Virus record (IMG/VR): IMGVR_UViG_3300042519_001519
Coordinates: 1 to 64,000 of that record
Source: an uncultured virus (IMG/VR IMGVR_UViG_3300042519_001519)
Lineage: Duplodnaviria; Heunggongvirae; Uroviricota; Caudoviricetes
DNA length: 64,000 bases
Strand: one strand, 5' to 3'
Shown here piece by piece: positions 44,924 through 54,793 of this stretch (position 1 is its first letter; every line of letters starts with the position of its first letter). The position numbers and the translations under genes are program-made. Under the pieces are notes generated by a model. It was not told the DNA's origin, ran no database searches, and was given only the letters and a program-made list of their open reading frames with translations.

Positions 44924-45835
44924 ATGAAAAATTCGTTATCTACAAAAGGGTTATCAATGTCTCAAGCACAATCAATCTCAAACTTGTGCAATCAACGTTC
45001 AAAAGATATTACAGCGAAATTGGCTGATATCAATAACGTTTCTAAAGAACTAGTAATAGGTTCAGAAACCTATGTAGAGACTAATGGGAATCCTATCCCA
45101 GTAAACGTAGTTGAGCTATTAACTGCTAAGGCAAGATTATCTGCCACTCAAGCTTTCTTGATGGAGAATATCAAAGCAAAGGATGAATTGATTACTAAAA
45201 TCAAATTTGAAAAGTATAACTACGAGGTTGAATCTCCAGAGAGACCAAAACTAATCTCAGAAGTAATTCCAACAGAAGTGGATGAAGATTTTGGTTGGGA
45301 TACTTTATCTACAGCCGAATACAACGAATACCTAGAGGCAGAAGCTTATGCTTCACATATCGGACAATTCATCCATAAAGGAGGAAAATTGGATAAGTTG
45401 AGAGGAGAACTTCCTACCATTAAAACTTTAGAGTTTATGGAAATAGAAGTAGGAAAGAAAACTCCTATGAAAGTATCTATTCACCATACAGCAGAACAAT
45501 TGCTTTCAGTTCATGAACAATTAGCAGCTCTTCATAGAGGATTTGAACAAAGAGTAAATTACTTTAAATCTAAAGTAAAAAATGCTACTACTTCTGAGAA
45601 TGCTAGAATTCAGAAAGAGAGAGGTATCATTCAAGCAAGAGTGAATAACGAGAATGCAGAAGCTGCAAACAATTATAAGTTAGCTTATGATAAGTGGTCT
45701 GGAGAGGAACGTCAAGCACAACACGAGTTTGAAGAAAAACGTCAAGCAAGAATCCAAGAAGCTGTCAATTTAAAAATTGAAGTAGCAGAAAGATTCCAGG
45801 ACGTAGTAGATGAATTCTTGAATCAACTAAAATAA
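44924..45835 (+). CDS. Helical/coiled-coil protein of unknown function, followed by a structured RNA
   Basis: 303 aa; heptad-rich N- and C-terminal regions. Confidence 0.75.
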   Translation: MKNSLSTKGLSMSQAQSISNLCNQRSKDITAKLADINNVSKELVIGSETYVETNGNPIPVNVVELLTAKARLSATQAFLMENIKAKDELITKIKFEKYNYEVESPERPKLISEVIPTEVDEDFGWDTLSTAEYNEYLEAEAYASHIGQFIHKGGKLDKLRGELPTIKTLEFMEIEVGKKTPMKVSIHHTAEQLLSVHEQLAALHRGFEQRVNYFKSKVKNATTSENARIQKERGIIQARVNNENAEAANNYKLAYDKWSGEERQAQHEFEEKRQARIQEAVNLKIEVAERFQDVVDEFLNQLK

Positions 45836-46146
45836 TTTGGTGCTAAGGAGGTAAGCACAAGCCGATCCTCCAAAGCTTTATGCTGGGATAGTAGAGTTTT
45901 AAATATAAACTATATGATATATGTAATCATCTACAGACTAAACGGCCATGGGCCCTTTAAAACTCGCTTCCCTACAACTTAAACCAAACTGAGATAGAAC
46001 TCAACAGCTAGACATGTTACTCTTGAGGGAGACTAAAAGTGGCTAGCGACTCTAAGACTTAGTTTTTGTCCTTGCCCTTGTGGTAGTGGAAGGTTTTTGA
46101 CTTTGATTTTGCATTTGACCTAGGCTATATGCTTTACATCCCAGCA
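45836..46146 (+). ncRNA. ~310-nt structured RNA with period-6 G-NN-(Y)TT repeats
   Basis: GTGCT/AGCAC with GGAGG/CCTCC pseudoknot; TGCTGGGAT/ATCCCAGCA; GAGTTTTAAA/TTTAAAACTC; CTTCC-CTAC/GTAG-T-GGAAG. Confidence 0.7.
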
Positions 46147-46224
46147 ACATTTTTTTAAAAATAATTAACAAAAAGCTTGCTTAGGCAGGCTTTTATTCGT
46201 ATATTTAGGTATAGAAAAAAGATT

Positions 46225-46467
46225 ATGAAAGATGCATTAGGAATAGAGATTCAAATAGGACAGCGATACGGATACTCCAGAAATGAAAATGGATTTACTT
46301 ATGTACGAATAGGTACTATAAGTAAGGTAAATGAAAAGACAGTAACAATGGATGTAGAGATTACAAAGAGAGCATTATACAGTGCAGACTTGGTAATAGA
46401 TTCTACATCAAGTAAAAAAATATCAATAAAAGGAAATATGTTATTCCCAGTTAATACAATAGATTAA
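46225..46467 (+). CDS. Hypothetical protein (start reassigned to ATG 46225)
   Basis: The TTG at 46177 is the promoter -33 element; MKDALGIEIQIG start. Confidence 0.6.
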   Translation: MKDALGIEIQIGQRYGYSRNENGFTYVRIGTISKVNEKTVTMDVEITKRALYSADLVIDSTSSKKISIKGNMLFPVNTID

Positions 46468-46468
46468 A

Positions 46469-47119
46469 ATGAAACTAGTATTAGAAAAAGGACAGCAATT
46501 GTTCTTTACATCAGACACACATTACTCACACTCAAACATTTGTAGTGCTACTACAAACTGGTCAGTGAATGATGGATATGCTCGTAAGTTTGATTCATTG
46601 GAAGATATGAACCAAAGACTAGTTGATAACATTAACAACATGGTCGGTGAAGATGATATCTTAATCCATTTAGGTGACTGGTCATTTGGAGGATTTGATA
46701 AGATTGAAGAATTCAGAAGTCAAATCAACTGTAAAAACATTCACTTGACATTTGGAAACCATGATCATCACATCGAAAGAAACAAAGAGGGAGTACAAAA
46801 ACTATTCTCTTCAGTACAAAACTATTTGAGATTAGAAGTACAAAGACCAATCAATAAAGCAACAACTGAAAAGTTTATTTTCGTTTGTATGCACTATCCA
46901 ATAGCGTCATGGCATGATATGAACCAAGGAGTAATTCACTTGCATGGCCACGTTCATTTACCTTCACACCTAAGAATAGCAGAAGGTAAGGCAATGGATG
47001 TTGGAGTAGATGGAAATGGTTTAGAGCCTTTATCATTAGATGAAATAGTAGAATTGATGAAAGATCGTCCAGTTAAAAAATTAGCTTTACCAAAGGATCA
47101 TCACGAAAAGAGAATTTAA
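46469..47119 (+). CDS. Calcineurin-like metallophosphoesterase
   Basis: SDTH, HLGD, GNHD, HYP, HGHVH, DVGVD. Confidence 0.92.
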   Translation: MKLVLEKGQQLFFTSDTHYSHSNICSATTNWSVNDGYARKFDSLEDMNQRLVDNINNMVGEDDILIHLGDWSFGGFDKIEEFRSQINCKNIHLTFGNHDHHIERNKEGVQKLFSSVQNYLRLEVQRPINKATTEKFIFVCMHYPIASWHDMNQGVIHLHGHVHLPSHLRIAEGKAMDVGVDGNGLEPLSLDEIVELMKDRPVKKLALPKDHHEKRI

Positions 47120-47120
47120 T

Positions 47121-47336
47121 ATGAATATAATATACTCATACAGTCCACAAAAGGTTAAAGAACCTCAATGGTATAAATTTTATAATACTGAAGAGTTTAA
47201 CATAACTACTCAGAGAGATTATACAGCAAGAGCTGCATCTAGGTTAGATCTAATACCAGAACCTAAATGTTTTACTCAAGAGTTTTTACGTAAACATGGA
47301 GACCATAGTAATATGATGTTAAAAAAGAAAATATGA
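47121..47336 (+). CDS. Hypothetical protein
   Basis: ORF in operon. Confidence 0.45.
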   Translation: MNIIYSYSPQKVKEPQWYKFYNTEEFNITTQRDYTARAASRLDLIPEPKCFTQEFLRKHGDHSNMMLKKKI

Positions 47337-47740
47337 AAGAGTTATTTTTATTAAGAGGATTACCTGGATCAGGTAAATCAACATTAGCAGAATCTTTAAC
47401 AGGAGGATCTTTTTTTGAAGCAGATCTTTTTTTCTTAGATGAGAAAGGAGAGTATAGATTTGATGCTTCTAAATTAAAAGACGCTCATAAGTGGTGCCAA
47501 GATCGTGTAGAAGCTATTATGAAAGGATTTGGAGCACATATACACCCAGCAAACAGGATTGTAGTGTCGAATACATTCACTCAGGAATGGGAAATGCAAC
47601 CATACTTTGATCTAGCAGAAAAATACAGATACAGAGTTTATTCTTTGATTGTAGAAAATAGACATGGAGGAGTAAACGAGCATGGAGTCCCAGAAGAAAA
47701 ATTAGTACAAATGAAAAATAGATTCGAAATAAAATTATAA
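47333..47740 (+). CDS. P-loop polynucleotide-kinase-like protein (AAA_33-type)
   Basis: RGLPGSGKST, EAD.FF, AHKWCQ, VSNTF, HGVP. Confidence 0.85.
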   Translation: MKELFLLRGLPGSGKSTLAESLTGGSFFEADLFFLDEKGEYRFDASKLKDAHKWCQDRVEAIMKGFGAHIHPANRIVVSNTFTQEWEMQPYFDLAEKYRYRVYSLIVENRHGGVNEHGVPEEKLVQMKNRFEIKL

Positions 47741-47839
47741 GAAATGGAATTTTGGAAAGTATGGTTAATAGTAGTGTCTTTATGGTACATAGGTTTTAAA
47801 TTGCATGATATTTTAAATGAACTTAAAAAGAAATAAAAA

Positions 47840-48967
47840 ATGGAAAATCAAAATAGTGTTTGCTTTGTAGCAACAATCAAAGAAGTAAAAGCAATCGAAG
47901 GAGCTGACAACATCGAACAAGTAGTTGTTGGAGGATGGAATGCTATTACCAAAAAAGGTGAATTTAAAGAAGGTGACTTAACAGTTATTGCAACTACGGA
48001 TGCAGTAATTCCAGAAGCATTTTCTGAAAAAATGGGAGTTACTTCTTATCTAAGAAAAGGAGGTAGAGTAAGAACTGTAAAATTAAGAGGAGTTTATTCT
48101 GAATGTCTAATCATTCCAACCAAATACATTCCAGGATATGGAGACAGATACCAAGATGGAGATGACATGATGGAAAAATTTGGTATTGTAAAATACGAAC
48201 CACCAGTTAAGCAAATTCAACTTGCTTCAGGTAGAAAAATTAAATGGAGAGACAATCAAAACTTCCATATCTACTACAAATTCCCAAACCTTAAAAACGT
48301 AGCAGGAATGTTTACTGAAGAAGATTTAGTAGAAATTACTAGAAAGGTTCACGGTACAAATGCTAGATACGGTATTGTAAAGAAAGGTAAATTATCATTC
48401 TGGGATAAAGTAAAAAAATTCTTTAGACTAGCTGATGAATGGATTGACTATGAATACATTTATGGATCTCATAACTGTGAAAAAGGAAGTGACTCTCAAG
48501 GATTCTATTCAACTGATGTTTGGAGAACAATCGCTGAAAAGTATAACATCAAAGAAAAACTTTGGAGTTATATTAAAAACAGAAATATTGAAATAGGTGA
48601 AGGTATTATCCTATACGGAGAGATTTACGGAGCAGGTATTCAGAAAAACTATGACTATGGTTTGACTGATATTGAGTTTGCAGGGTTTGATGTGAAACTT
48701 AAAGGAGAATACGTAAGTACATATGATGCTTGGGTTTTAATTGAAAACCATTTAAAATTACCTTATGTAGAGGTTTTACATTATGGGGATTGGACACAAG
48801 AAATCCAAGATAAATTTACATTCAACAACTTCATTGAAGGAACTAAAGTACCACATGAAGGAATTGTAATTAAATACTTCACCGGTGAACGTCAAAAGGT
48901 AGCAAAGGTAATCAATCCAGACTATTTGATCTACGGAGAGAAGAATGATGTAGGAGATTCTCACTAA
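47840..48967 (+). CDS. RNA ligase (DRB0094/Rnl5-like) with an N-terminal OB domain
   Basis: IEGADNIE, RVRTVKLRGVYSECL, KVHGTN (motif I), YGEIYG, FDV, EGIV, AKVINPDYL. Confidence 0.9.
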   Translation: MENQNSVCFVATIKEVKAIEGADNIEQVVVGGWNAITKKGEFKEGDLTVIATTDAVIPEAFSEKMGVTSYLRKGGRVRTVKLRGVYSECLIIPTKYIPGYGDRYQDGDDMMEKFGIVKYEPPVKQIQLASGRKIKWRDNQNFHIYYKFPNLKNVAGMFTEEDLVEITRKVHGTNARYGIVKKGKLSFWDKVKKFFRLADEWIDYEYIYGSHNCEKGSDSQGFYSTDVWRTIAEKYNIKEKLWSYIKNRNIEIGEGIILYGEIYGAGIQKNYDYGLTDIEFAGFDVKLKGEYVSTYDAWVLIENHLKLPYVEVLHYGDWTQEIQDKFTFNNFIEGTKVPHEGIVIKYFTGERQKVAKVINPDYLIYGEKNDVGDSH

Positions 48968-49040
48968 AATAATTGTTAAAAGAGTTGCTAGTTCAACTCT
49001 TTTTTCATATATTTAGGTATAATAATTAAACAAAAAGGTT

Positions 49041-49601
49041 ATGTATTACAAATTTAATGAACAGACACTGTTACCAGAAAAAGTTAAATTGACCAACAAG
49101 TCATTACTAGGATTCGGAGCAGCAGTAGGATTACTATTAGTATTTGGATTTACATCTAATCCAGCTAATGAAGTACAGAATCTTTCTCAGGAAGAGAAAT
49201 TGATTGTAGTTAGAGAATATAACGAGTTTAGTGAGACTAAACTAATTGAAAAGATTACAGAGTTAAATTTTAAGTATCCTTATATTATTTTAGCACAAGC
49301 TAAATTAGAATCAGGGCATTTTAAATCAACTATCTTTCTAGAGAACAATAACATGTTCGGTATGAAAGAAGCTAAGTTAAGAGCTAATTTAGCAAAAGGA
49401 ACAAATAGAGGTCATGCCTATTATGAAACATGGCAAGAATCAGTTATCGATTATGCTTTATACTATTCATCTTACTTAAGAAGTATTAAAACTGAAGGAG
49501 AGTATTTTGAATACTTAAGACAGAATTATGCTGAGGATTTAACTTACGTTCAGAGATTAAAAGAGATAATTAAAAAAGAAGAATTAAAAAATAAATTCTA
49601 G
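49041..49601 (+). CDS. Glucosaminidase (GH73-like) peptidoglycan hydrolase with an N-terminal TM segment
   Basis: AQAKLESG, NNMFGMK, YAED..Y. Confidence 0.85.
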   Translation: MYYKFNEQTLLPEKVKLTNKSLLGFGAAVGLLLVFGFTSNPANEVQNLSQEEKLIVVREYNEFSETKLIEKITELNFKYPYIILAQAKLESGHFKSTIFLENNNMFGMKEAKLRANLAKGTNRGHAYYETWQESVIDYALYYSSYLRSIKTEGEYFEYLRQNYAEDLTYVQRLKEIIKKEELKNKF

Positions 49602-49602
49602 T

Positions 49603-50220
49603 ATGGAAGATTTTTTTGAAGATTTAAAAAACCAACCAAGACCAAACTTCTTTAGAAGAATATGGCTGTGGTGGGAGCATGACGGAAAGTATTATCACAA
49701 ATACTTCATACAAGGAGTAAAGAACATTGTCTATTGGTTTCCAATCATCTGGAAAGACAGAAATTGGGATGGACATTACATCTATGAAATAATGAAGCAT
49801 AAATTGAAAGCTCAAGCCAATTATATCGGTAGAAGAGATTTTCATACAAGAGCACAACAAGACGCTCGTAGAATGAGACTATGTGTTAAATTAATTAAAG
49901 CATGTCAGGAAGAGCCTTACTCAATGGAGTATATGGATTACCATAAAGACAGAGTTTGGTTTACTGATTGTGAAGACAGACCAGGATCATCTTTATATAA
50001 TTCAGAAGAGGTATGGGAAAATTATGATGAGTTCTTTAAAAAGTATCCTTTAGTTTATAAAAGAGTATTAAAAGGTGAAGGGCCATTTACTCTAGATGGT
50101 AGAGATGAATCTGAAATGAAAAGAATCATTGCAATGAGCATTGCACATATAAATCAAGATAGGGCAAGAAAATTGCTATTTAAAATAATGGAAGAAAATA
50201 TTGAAGGATGGTGGGATTAG
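49603..50220 (+). CDS. Hypothetical phage protein
   Basis: WFPIIWKDRNWD...IEGWWD. Confidence 0.65.
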   Translation: MEDFFEDLKNQPRPNFFRRIWLWWEHDGKYYHKYFIQGVKNIVYWFPIIWKDRNWDGHYIYEIMKHKLKAQANYIGRRDFHTRAQQDARRMRLCVKLIKACQEEPYSMEYMDYHKDRVWFTDCEDRPGSSLYNSEEVWENYDEFFKKYPLVYKRVLKGEGPFTLDGRDESEMKRIIAMSIAHINQDRARKLLFKIMEENIEGWWD

Positions 50221-50346
50221 TAATAGTATCAGTAGTAGCAGCAGCTTTTATAATAGCAGTAGGACTGTGGGTAGAAGGAATTGATTACATGAATACAAAT
50301 CATCCAGACTACAAAGGAGAAGATTTATTTAACGAAGAAAAAGAAG

Positions 50347-50757
50347 ATGCTAAGACATAGAATATACTTAGACGACGTAAGAACACCAGTTGATCCAACT
50401 TGGATCGTGGTAAGAAATTACGAAGAGTTTGTACAAAAGGTACAAGACTTAGGACTGGAAAACATTGATATAATTTCATTAGATCACGATTTAGGACCTT
50501 CGGCAATGGCTGAATGGCACTCAAACGTGTATCACAATTATGAATTAAATTATGATAACATTGAAGAGAAAACTGGAATGGATTGCACTAAATGGCTGGT
50601 GGATAAATGGTTGGACGGAGCTCCTGTTGTTGATGTTGTAATACATTCTGCAAATGCTGTGGGGAGTGCTAACATGATGGGGTACATAAACAACTACAGA
50701 CATATCCACAGATTACCTCAGAATTGTGTAAGAGTACAAATTGAACATACAGTATAA
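50347..50757 (+). CDS. Cyclic-phosphate-processing receiver-like domain protein
   Basis: IYLDDVR, ISLDHDLG, TGMDC, IHSAN.VG. Confidence 0.8.
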   Translation: MLRHRIYLDDVRTPVDPTWIVVRNYEEFVQKVQDLGLENIDIISLDHDLGPSAMAEWHSNVYHNYELNYDNIEEKTGMDCTKWLVDKWLDGAPVVDVVIHSANAVGSANMMGYINNYRHIHRLPQNCVRVQIEHTV

Positions 50758-50760
50758 GTT

Positions 50761-51117
50761 ATGATAGGAGGAGCACAACCAAAAGTATTACTAACTCAAA
50801 CTGAGGAAGGTACATTTGATCTAGATGAAGCATTTAAGTCCATATTTGGTAAAGAATTAAAACCAAACTACAAATTAGTAAGAGAAAGAGACGGTCTAAC
50901 TAAAACATCAGTAGGAGTAAAATGGTTAGAGTTTAACGAGGAAGGAAGGTATAAAGCAGACTTTGAAGACATTGCTGTTGGAAGAAGTTTATTAATGTCT
51001 CCATTCGGACCTTCATTTACTTGGCAAACAACTCTAGTAACAGAGATTGTAGAGCAAAGAGAAGATTATATTAAATTTAATACAGAAAATAGTAACTACG
51101 AATTATTTAAAATATAG
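50761..51117 (+). CDS. Hypothetical protein
   Basis: FTWQTT...FNTENSNYEL. Confidence 0.6.
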   Translation: MIGGAQPKVLLTQTEEGTFDLDEAFKSIFGKELKPNYKLVRERDGLTKTSVGVKWLEFNEEGRYKADFEDIAVGRSLLMSPFGPSFTWQTTLVTEIVEQREDYIKFNTENSNYELFKI

Positions 51118-51120
51118 ATT

Positions 51121-51351
51121 ATGATTTGGATATTATTACTTTACGTTTTACCACTAGTACTTAGTATGTTAGTGGCATATTTCCTAATAAAAAAAGAAGG
51201 AGGGTCAGTAAAAGACTTTTTAGAACCACTTCCTTTTTTATTCATTCCTATAATGAACATTGCAGCCTTAGGAGCAGGGTTAGTTATTTTTATTGAGAAA
51301 TTTTTAGAAGAAGATGAATCTTGGCAAAACTTTAAAAACAAAAAACTATAA
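51121..51351 (+). CDS. Small two-TM membrane protein
   Basis: Two hydrophobic segments. Confidence 0.6.
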   Translation: MIWILLLYVLPLVLSMLVAYFLIKKEGGSVKDFLEPLPFLFIPIMNIAALGAGLVIFIEKFLEEDESWQNFKNKKL

Positions 51352-52067
51352 TGAGAATAACAGTACTATCAGACACACATACAAGACATGGATTGATTCC
51401 TATGGAAGATTTACCTGGAGGTGATCTTCTTATTCATGCTGGAGACATAATGAATTCAGGGTACAACAAGAACGACATCTGGGATTTCTGTCATTGGTTC
51501 CAATCTCTAAAGCAATACCAAGACAAAGTATTCATAGCAGGTAACCACGATCGAATGTTTGAAAATCATCCTGAGGATGTAAAGGAATGGGTAGACAAGT
51601 TTGGAGATATAATCTATCTTCAAGATGATGACTTAGTACTATACGGAGATGGTCCAAATGGAGATTCTCCTCAAGACAATATTCGCATTTACGGATCACC
51701 TTGGCAACCGGAATTCTATTCTTGGGCATTCAATTTACCAAAAAATGGAATTGAAATAGCAGGTAAGTGGGAAGGTATTCCTGACAACACAGACATCTTG
51801 GTTACACATGGTCCTTCATTTGGAACTCTAGATACAGTAGCAGGAAGACCTTGGGACGGATTAGGATGCGAATTGTTAGCTCAAAGAATTGAAATTATTA
51901 AACCAAAGATCCATGTATGTGGACATATTCATTCAGGATATGGTTATGAGTTTAAAAATGGTACTCACTTCTTTAATGCATCAGTATTGGATGAGGCTTA
52001 CGAGTACACTCAAAAGCCAATGACGTTTGATTGGGACAAGGAAACAAATACAGTAAAATTTATTTAA
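51351..52067 (+). CDS. Metallophosphoesterase (MPPED-like)
   Basis: SDTH, HAGD, AGNHD, YGSPWQP, THGP, CGHIH. Confidence 0.92.
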   Translation: MRITVLSDTHTRHGLIPMEDLPGGDLLIHAGDIMNSGYNKNDIWDFCHWFQSLKQYQDKVFIAGNHDRMFENHPEDVKEWVDKFGDIIYLQDDDLVLYGDGPNGDSPQDNIRIYGSPWQPEFYSWAFNLPKNGIEIAGKWEGIPDNTDILVTHGPSFGTLDTVAGRPWDGLGCELLAQRIEIIKPKIHVCGHIHSGYGYEFKNGTHFFNASVLDEAYEYTQKPMTFDWDKETNTVKFI

Positions 52068-52122
52068 GAAAAGTTGGCTCTTCGGAGCCTTTTTCTTATC
52101 TTTAAGTATAATTAAAAAGGTT

Positions 52123-52359
52123 ATGGAAGATCAAGGTACATTATTAGAACAAGCATCATTTATATTCTCACAAGATGCTAATTGTTTATCAGACAGGGAT
52201 GAGTATGAATCTTTAGAGATAGAAGCACGTTCAAGTATAGGAATTGATAGAGACGAGGATTGTTTCTTTATACTAAAAACAGACAAATGGTCAGTAGGTT
52301 CAATAGAGGAACTAGAAACATTATTTGATAGAATAAAACAAGTAGTAATTAAAAAATAA
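52123..52359 (+). CDS. Hypothetical protein
   Basis: ORF after the promoter at 52074-52104. Confidence 0.55.
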   Translation: MEDQGTLLEQASFIFSQDANCLSDRDEYESLEIEARSSIGIDRDEDCFFILKTDKWSVGSIEELETLFDRIKQVVIKK

Positions 52360-52364
52360 AGGTT

Positions 52365-52712
52365 ATGATATTCAAAAGATTTTTCAAGTACACACCAACA
52401 CAGCAAGAGCAACAATTCATAGATATTGTTACTAAATTATTAGCACATCCTAAAACATCTTTAAGGATGACACCTCTAACAGATAAGTATTTTCTTATCA
52501 ATGAGCAGAAACATTACTATGTTTTGCTAAAAGAGAATGGAATTCAGATTACTAACTCTAAGTTTTCTTTTGCAAAGTCTTTGCATTCAAAAGCTTATGA
52601 TATGATCATAAAAATAATTCATGCTCACATGGAAGAGAATAGACAAGCCTTAGAAGACAAACTATTTGTAAATGAAACAAATATGCTGGATACAGTATTA
52701 ACAAGCTTATAG
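52365..52712 (+). CDS. Hypothetical protein
   Basis: Tightly packed ORF. Confidence 0.55.
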   Translation: MIFKRFFKYTPTQQEQQFIDIVTKLLAHPKTSLRMTPLTDKYFLINEQKHYYVLLKENGIQITNSKFSFAKSLHSKAYDMIIKIIHAHMEENRQALEDKLFVNETNMLDTVLTSL

Positions 52713-52714
52713 TA

Positions 52715-53044
52715 ATGCAAAGACTTGAAAAATATTCTGAGAGATTTGATAATGATAAATCTCCAATAGGCAACTCAGATACTTGGGGTAAGAGGTTAGT
52801 TGAAGATAAAAATCCTTACATAGGATCATTTCTTCTTAAGAATGGATTTTCAAAAGATGTACTTGATAACAATGTATACCATAATCTAGAATGCATTATA
52901 ACAGTTCTAGATGAATGCTATCAGATTGACTTTGATCATCCAGAGTATGGAGCTGTTTCAACCTACACAGACTCCTATTCAATTATACATTTAGTAGGAA
53001 TTTTAACCTGGAATGATTTAATAGATAGAAATTATATAAAATGA
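52715..53044 (+). CDS. Hypothetical protein
   Basis: Tightly packed ORF. Confidence 0.5.
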   Translation: MQRLEKYSERFDNDKSPIGNSDTWGKRLVEDKNPYIGSFLLKNGFSKDVLDNNVYHNLECIITVLDECYQIDFDHPEYGAVSTYTDSYSIIHLVGILTWNDLIDRNYIK

Positions 53045-53259
53045 AAAAAACATTATTGACAGTGACGGTGAATGGAAATGAAATTGCATTTGTAAAAGAT
53101 AGAGAACATTATTTTATTCATTGGGGAGAACAAGGAAAGCCTAGAGCAGTAAAGAAGATAACAACTCCAACTGGAAGAAAGCCTTCACAAAAATCAGCAC
53201 ACAGACAGTTCCTAGAAGCAGTAAAAGCGACTAAAGTATTAAAATTCAGCAGACTATAA
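53041..53259 (+). CDS. Small basic hypothetical protein
   Basis: Tightly packed ORF. Confidence 0.5.
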   Translation: MKKTLLTVTVNGNEIAFVKDREHYFIHWGEQGKPRAVKKITTPTGRKPSQKSAHRQFLEAVKATKVLKFSRL

Positions 53260-53453
53260 TGGCAGCACTAACAGATAATAAGTACGATGTATACAATTGG
53301 ATAGAAAAAGTAATTGATTCTTGTACTACTTATTTTCATTTTAAGAGTGTAGATGCTCTTATAACAAACTTCGATAGAGTATATGATGATTGGGAATTAA
53401 CAGGAAAATTATTAGTTTACTCAAGTCATAAATACTATAAAACAAAAAGATAA
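53259..53453 (+). CDS. Hypothetical protein
   Basis: TAATG overlap with the previous ORF. Confidence 0.5.
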   Translation: MAALTDNKYDVYNWIEKVIDSCTTYFHFKSVDALITNFDRVYDDWELTGKLLVYSSHKYYKTKR

Positions 53454-53768
53454 ATGAGAGCACAGAAGATAAAAGTAAATAAGATTATCAAGGAGTATAA
53501 AGAAGCAACCAATAGAGAAATTTGGGAAGGAGTTAGAGATAATTTTACTTTTGGATTCATAGGAGCAACTCTAGTAGTATTCATTGCAACAAAGACAGAC
53601 CTTGCAGTATTGCTAGGATATCTAGCCTACTACTTCTTTGTAGGTAAAATAGTTAACCGTCCAAAGTACGTAACAGATTTAGGAAAGCTAATAGTATTTC
53701 CATTCCCTTCAGCACTTGGAGCATTTACCGGGTATAAATTAAGTTACATTTTATTACAGTACATATGA
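53454..53768 (+). CDS. Membrane protein
   Basis: Two to three hydrophobic segments. Confidence 0.6.
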   Translation: MRAQKIKVNKIIKEYKEATNREIWEGVRDNFTFGFIGATLVVFIATKTDLAVLLGYLAYYFFVGKIVNRPKYVTDLGKLIVFPFPSALGAFTGYKLSYILLQYI

Positions 53769-54103
53769 ATTTTATAATAGGTTTTAGCTTTGGAGTACTA
53801 GCACAAATACTTACATTTGTTCAACTACAGGGACAATTCAGATGGGAATGGTTCAAGCAACATCCATGGGCAGTTTCATTGATGGGAGTACCAATCTCAT
53901 TTCTTTATATTATGTCTGTAAAGTATATGGTATCACATTTTGGAGGAGAGTTATGGCCTTCAAGACTAATGGGATTCTCAATCGGAGCAATAGTATTTAG
54001 TTACATGGCACATTTATGGTTTCAAGAACCATTCACCCTTAAGACACTTATATGTCTTGGATTAGCTTTTGCAATAATGATGGTTCAATTATTTTGGAAA
54101 TGA
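53765..54103 (+). CDS. Four-TM small membrane protein (SMR/DMT-like)
   Basis: Four hydrophobic helices; WFQEPFTLKTLICLGL. Confidence 0.65.
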   Translation: MNFIIGFSFGVLAQILTFVQLQGQFRWEWFKQHPWAVSLMGVPISFLYIMSVKYMVSHFGGELWPSRLMGFSIGAIVFSYMAHLWFQEPFTLKTLICLGLAFAIMMVQLFWK

Positions 54104-54330
54104 TACAACTTAAATCTACAGACAGAATACATGGAGTATATGAGGTGTATTTTAGTGAAAAAAGAATAGGTACCTTCCTTATACAGGAGGATGGATACTA
54201 CGGATTCTATACAGAAAGTGACTCTGGATACTGGAGTTCATATGCTTTAAGGCTTATAGCAGATAAGTTAGATGAAATGAATAAAAAGTGGGATGATCAA
54301 GTAAAAAAAGATATAGGTAATGGAAAGTAA
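54100..54330 (+). CDS. Hypothetical protein (start reassigned to the ATGA overlap at 54100)
   Basis: MIQLKSTD...IADKLDEMNKKWD. Confidence 0.55.
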   Translation: MIQLKSTDRIHGVYEVYFSEKRIGTFLIQEDGYYGFYTESDSGYWSSYALRLIADKLDEMNKKWDDQVKKDIGNGK

Positions 54331-54769
54331 ATTAGAAACATGTCATCACTGCGGTGAAGAAAAAGAAAATTGCTATCACGGATTTATAACAATGTGTATC
54401 CCTATTCCTGAAATGGAAGAAAAGATTAATAAGTGGAATCTGATTGATGCTTATAAAAGCTACGAAAAGGAATGGATGTTAGAAAATCCTCCATTTGCTG
54501 GTCCTTATACTGATACTTGCCTAACTCAGGAAGAATTTAATAGTAAAATAAAAACAGACTCAGAATTTTCACTGGAATGGTTTACCAATAAATGGTTTAA
54601 CAATTTAGAAAGAGAAGATCTTACTGAGGAAGAACTAGAAGAACTAGATAAGCTTTCTTTATATGATCAGATGTTAAACAGTATTGGAAGAGGAGTTCAA
54701 TGTAATGACTGCGGAAAGAAAGAATCAGAGCTTTATGAAAAATATTACCCAAAACATTTGGTACCTTAA
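54320..54769 (+). CDS. Hypothetical protein with two CxxC motifs
   Basis: CHHC and CNDC. Confidence 0.55.
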   Translation: MESKLETCHHCGEEKENCYHGFITMCIPIPEMEEKINKWNLIDAYKSYEKEWMLENPPFAGPYTDTCLTQEEFNSKIKTDSEFSLEWFTNKWFNNLEREDLTEEELEELDKLSLYDQMLNSIGRGVQCNDCGKKESELYEKYYPKHLVP

Positions 54770-54793
54770 AATAAATTTACTATATTAAAAACT

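Noticed and set aside
45833..45982. Stop-codon read-through stimulated by the pseudoknot after ORF 44924..45835
   Set aside because: The in-frame extension is only about 48 codons with no recognisable features; the larger RNA fold explains the region better, though read-through is not excluded
46177..46224. TTG start of ORF 46177..46467
   Set aside because: This TTG is the -33 promoter element inside a terminator hairpin; ATG 46225 has the usual A-rich context
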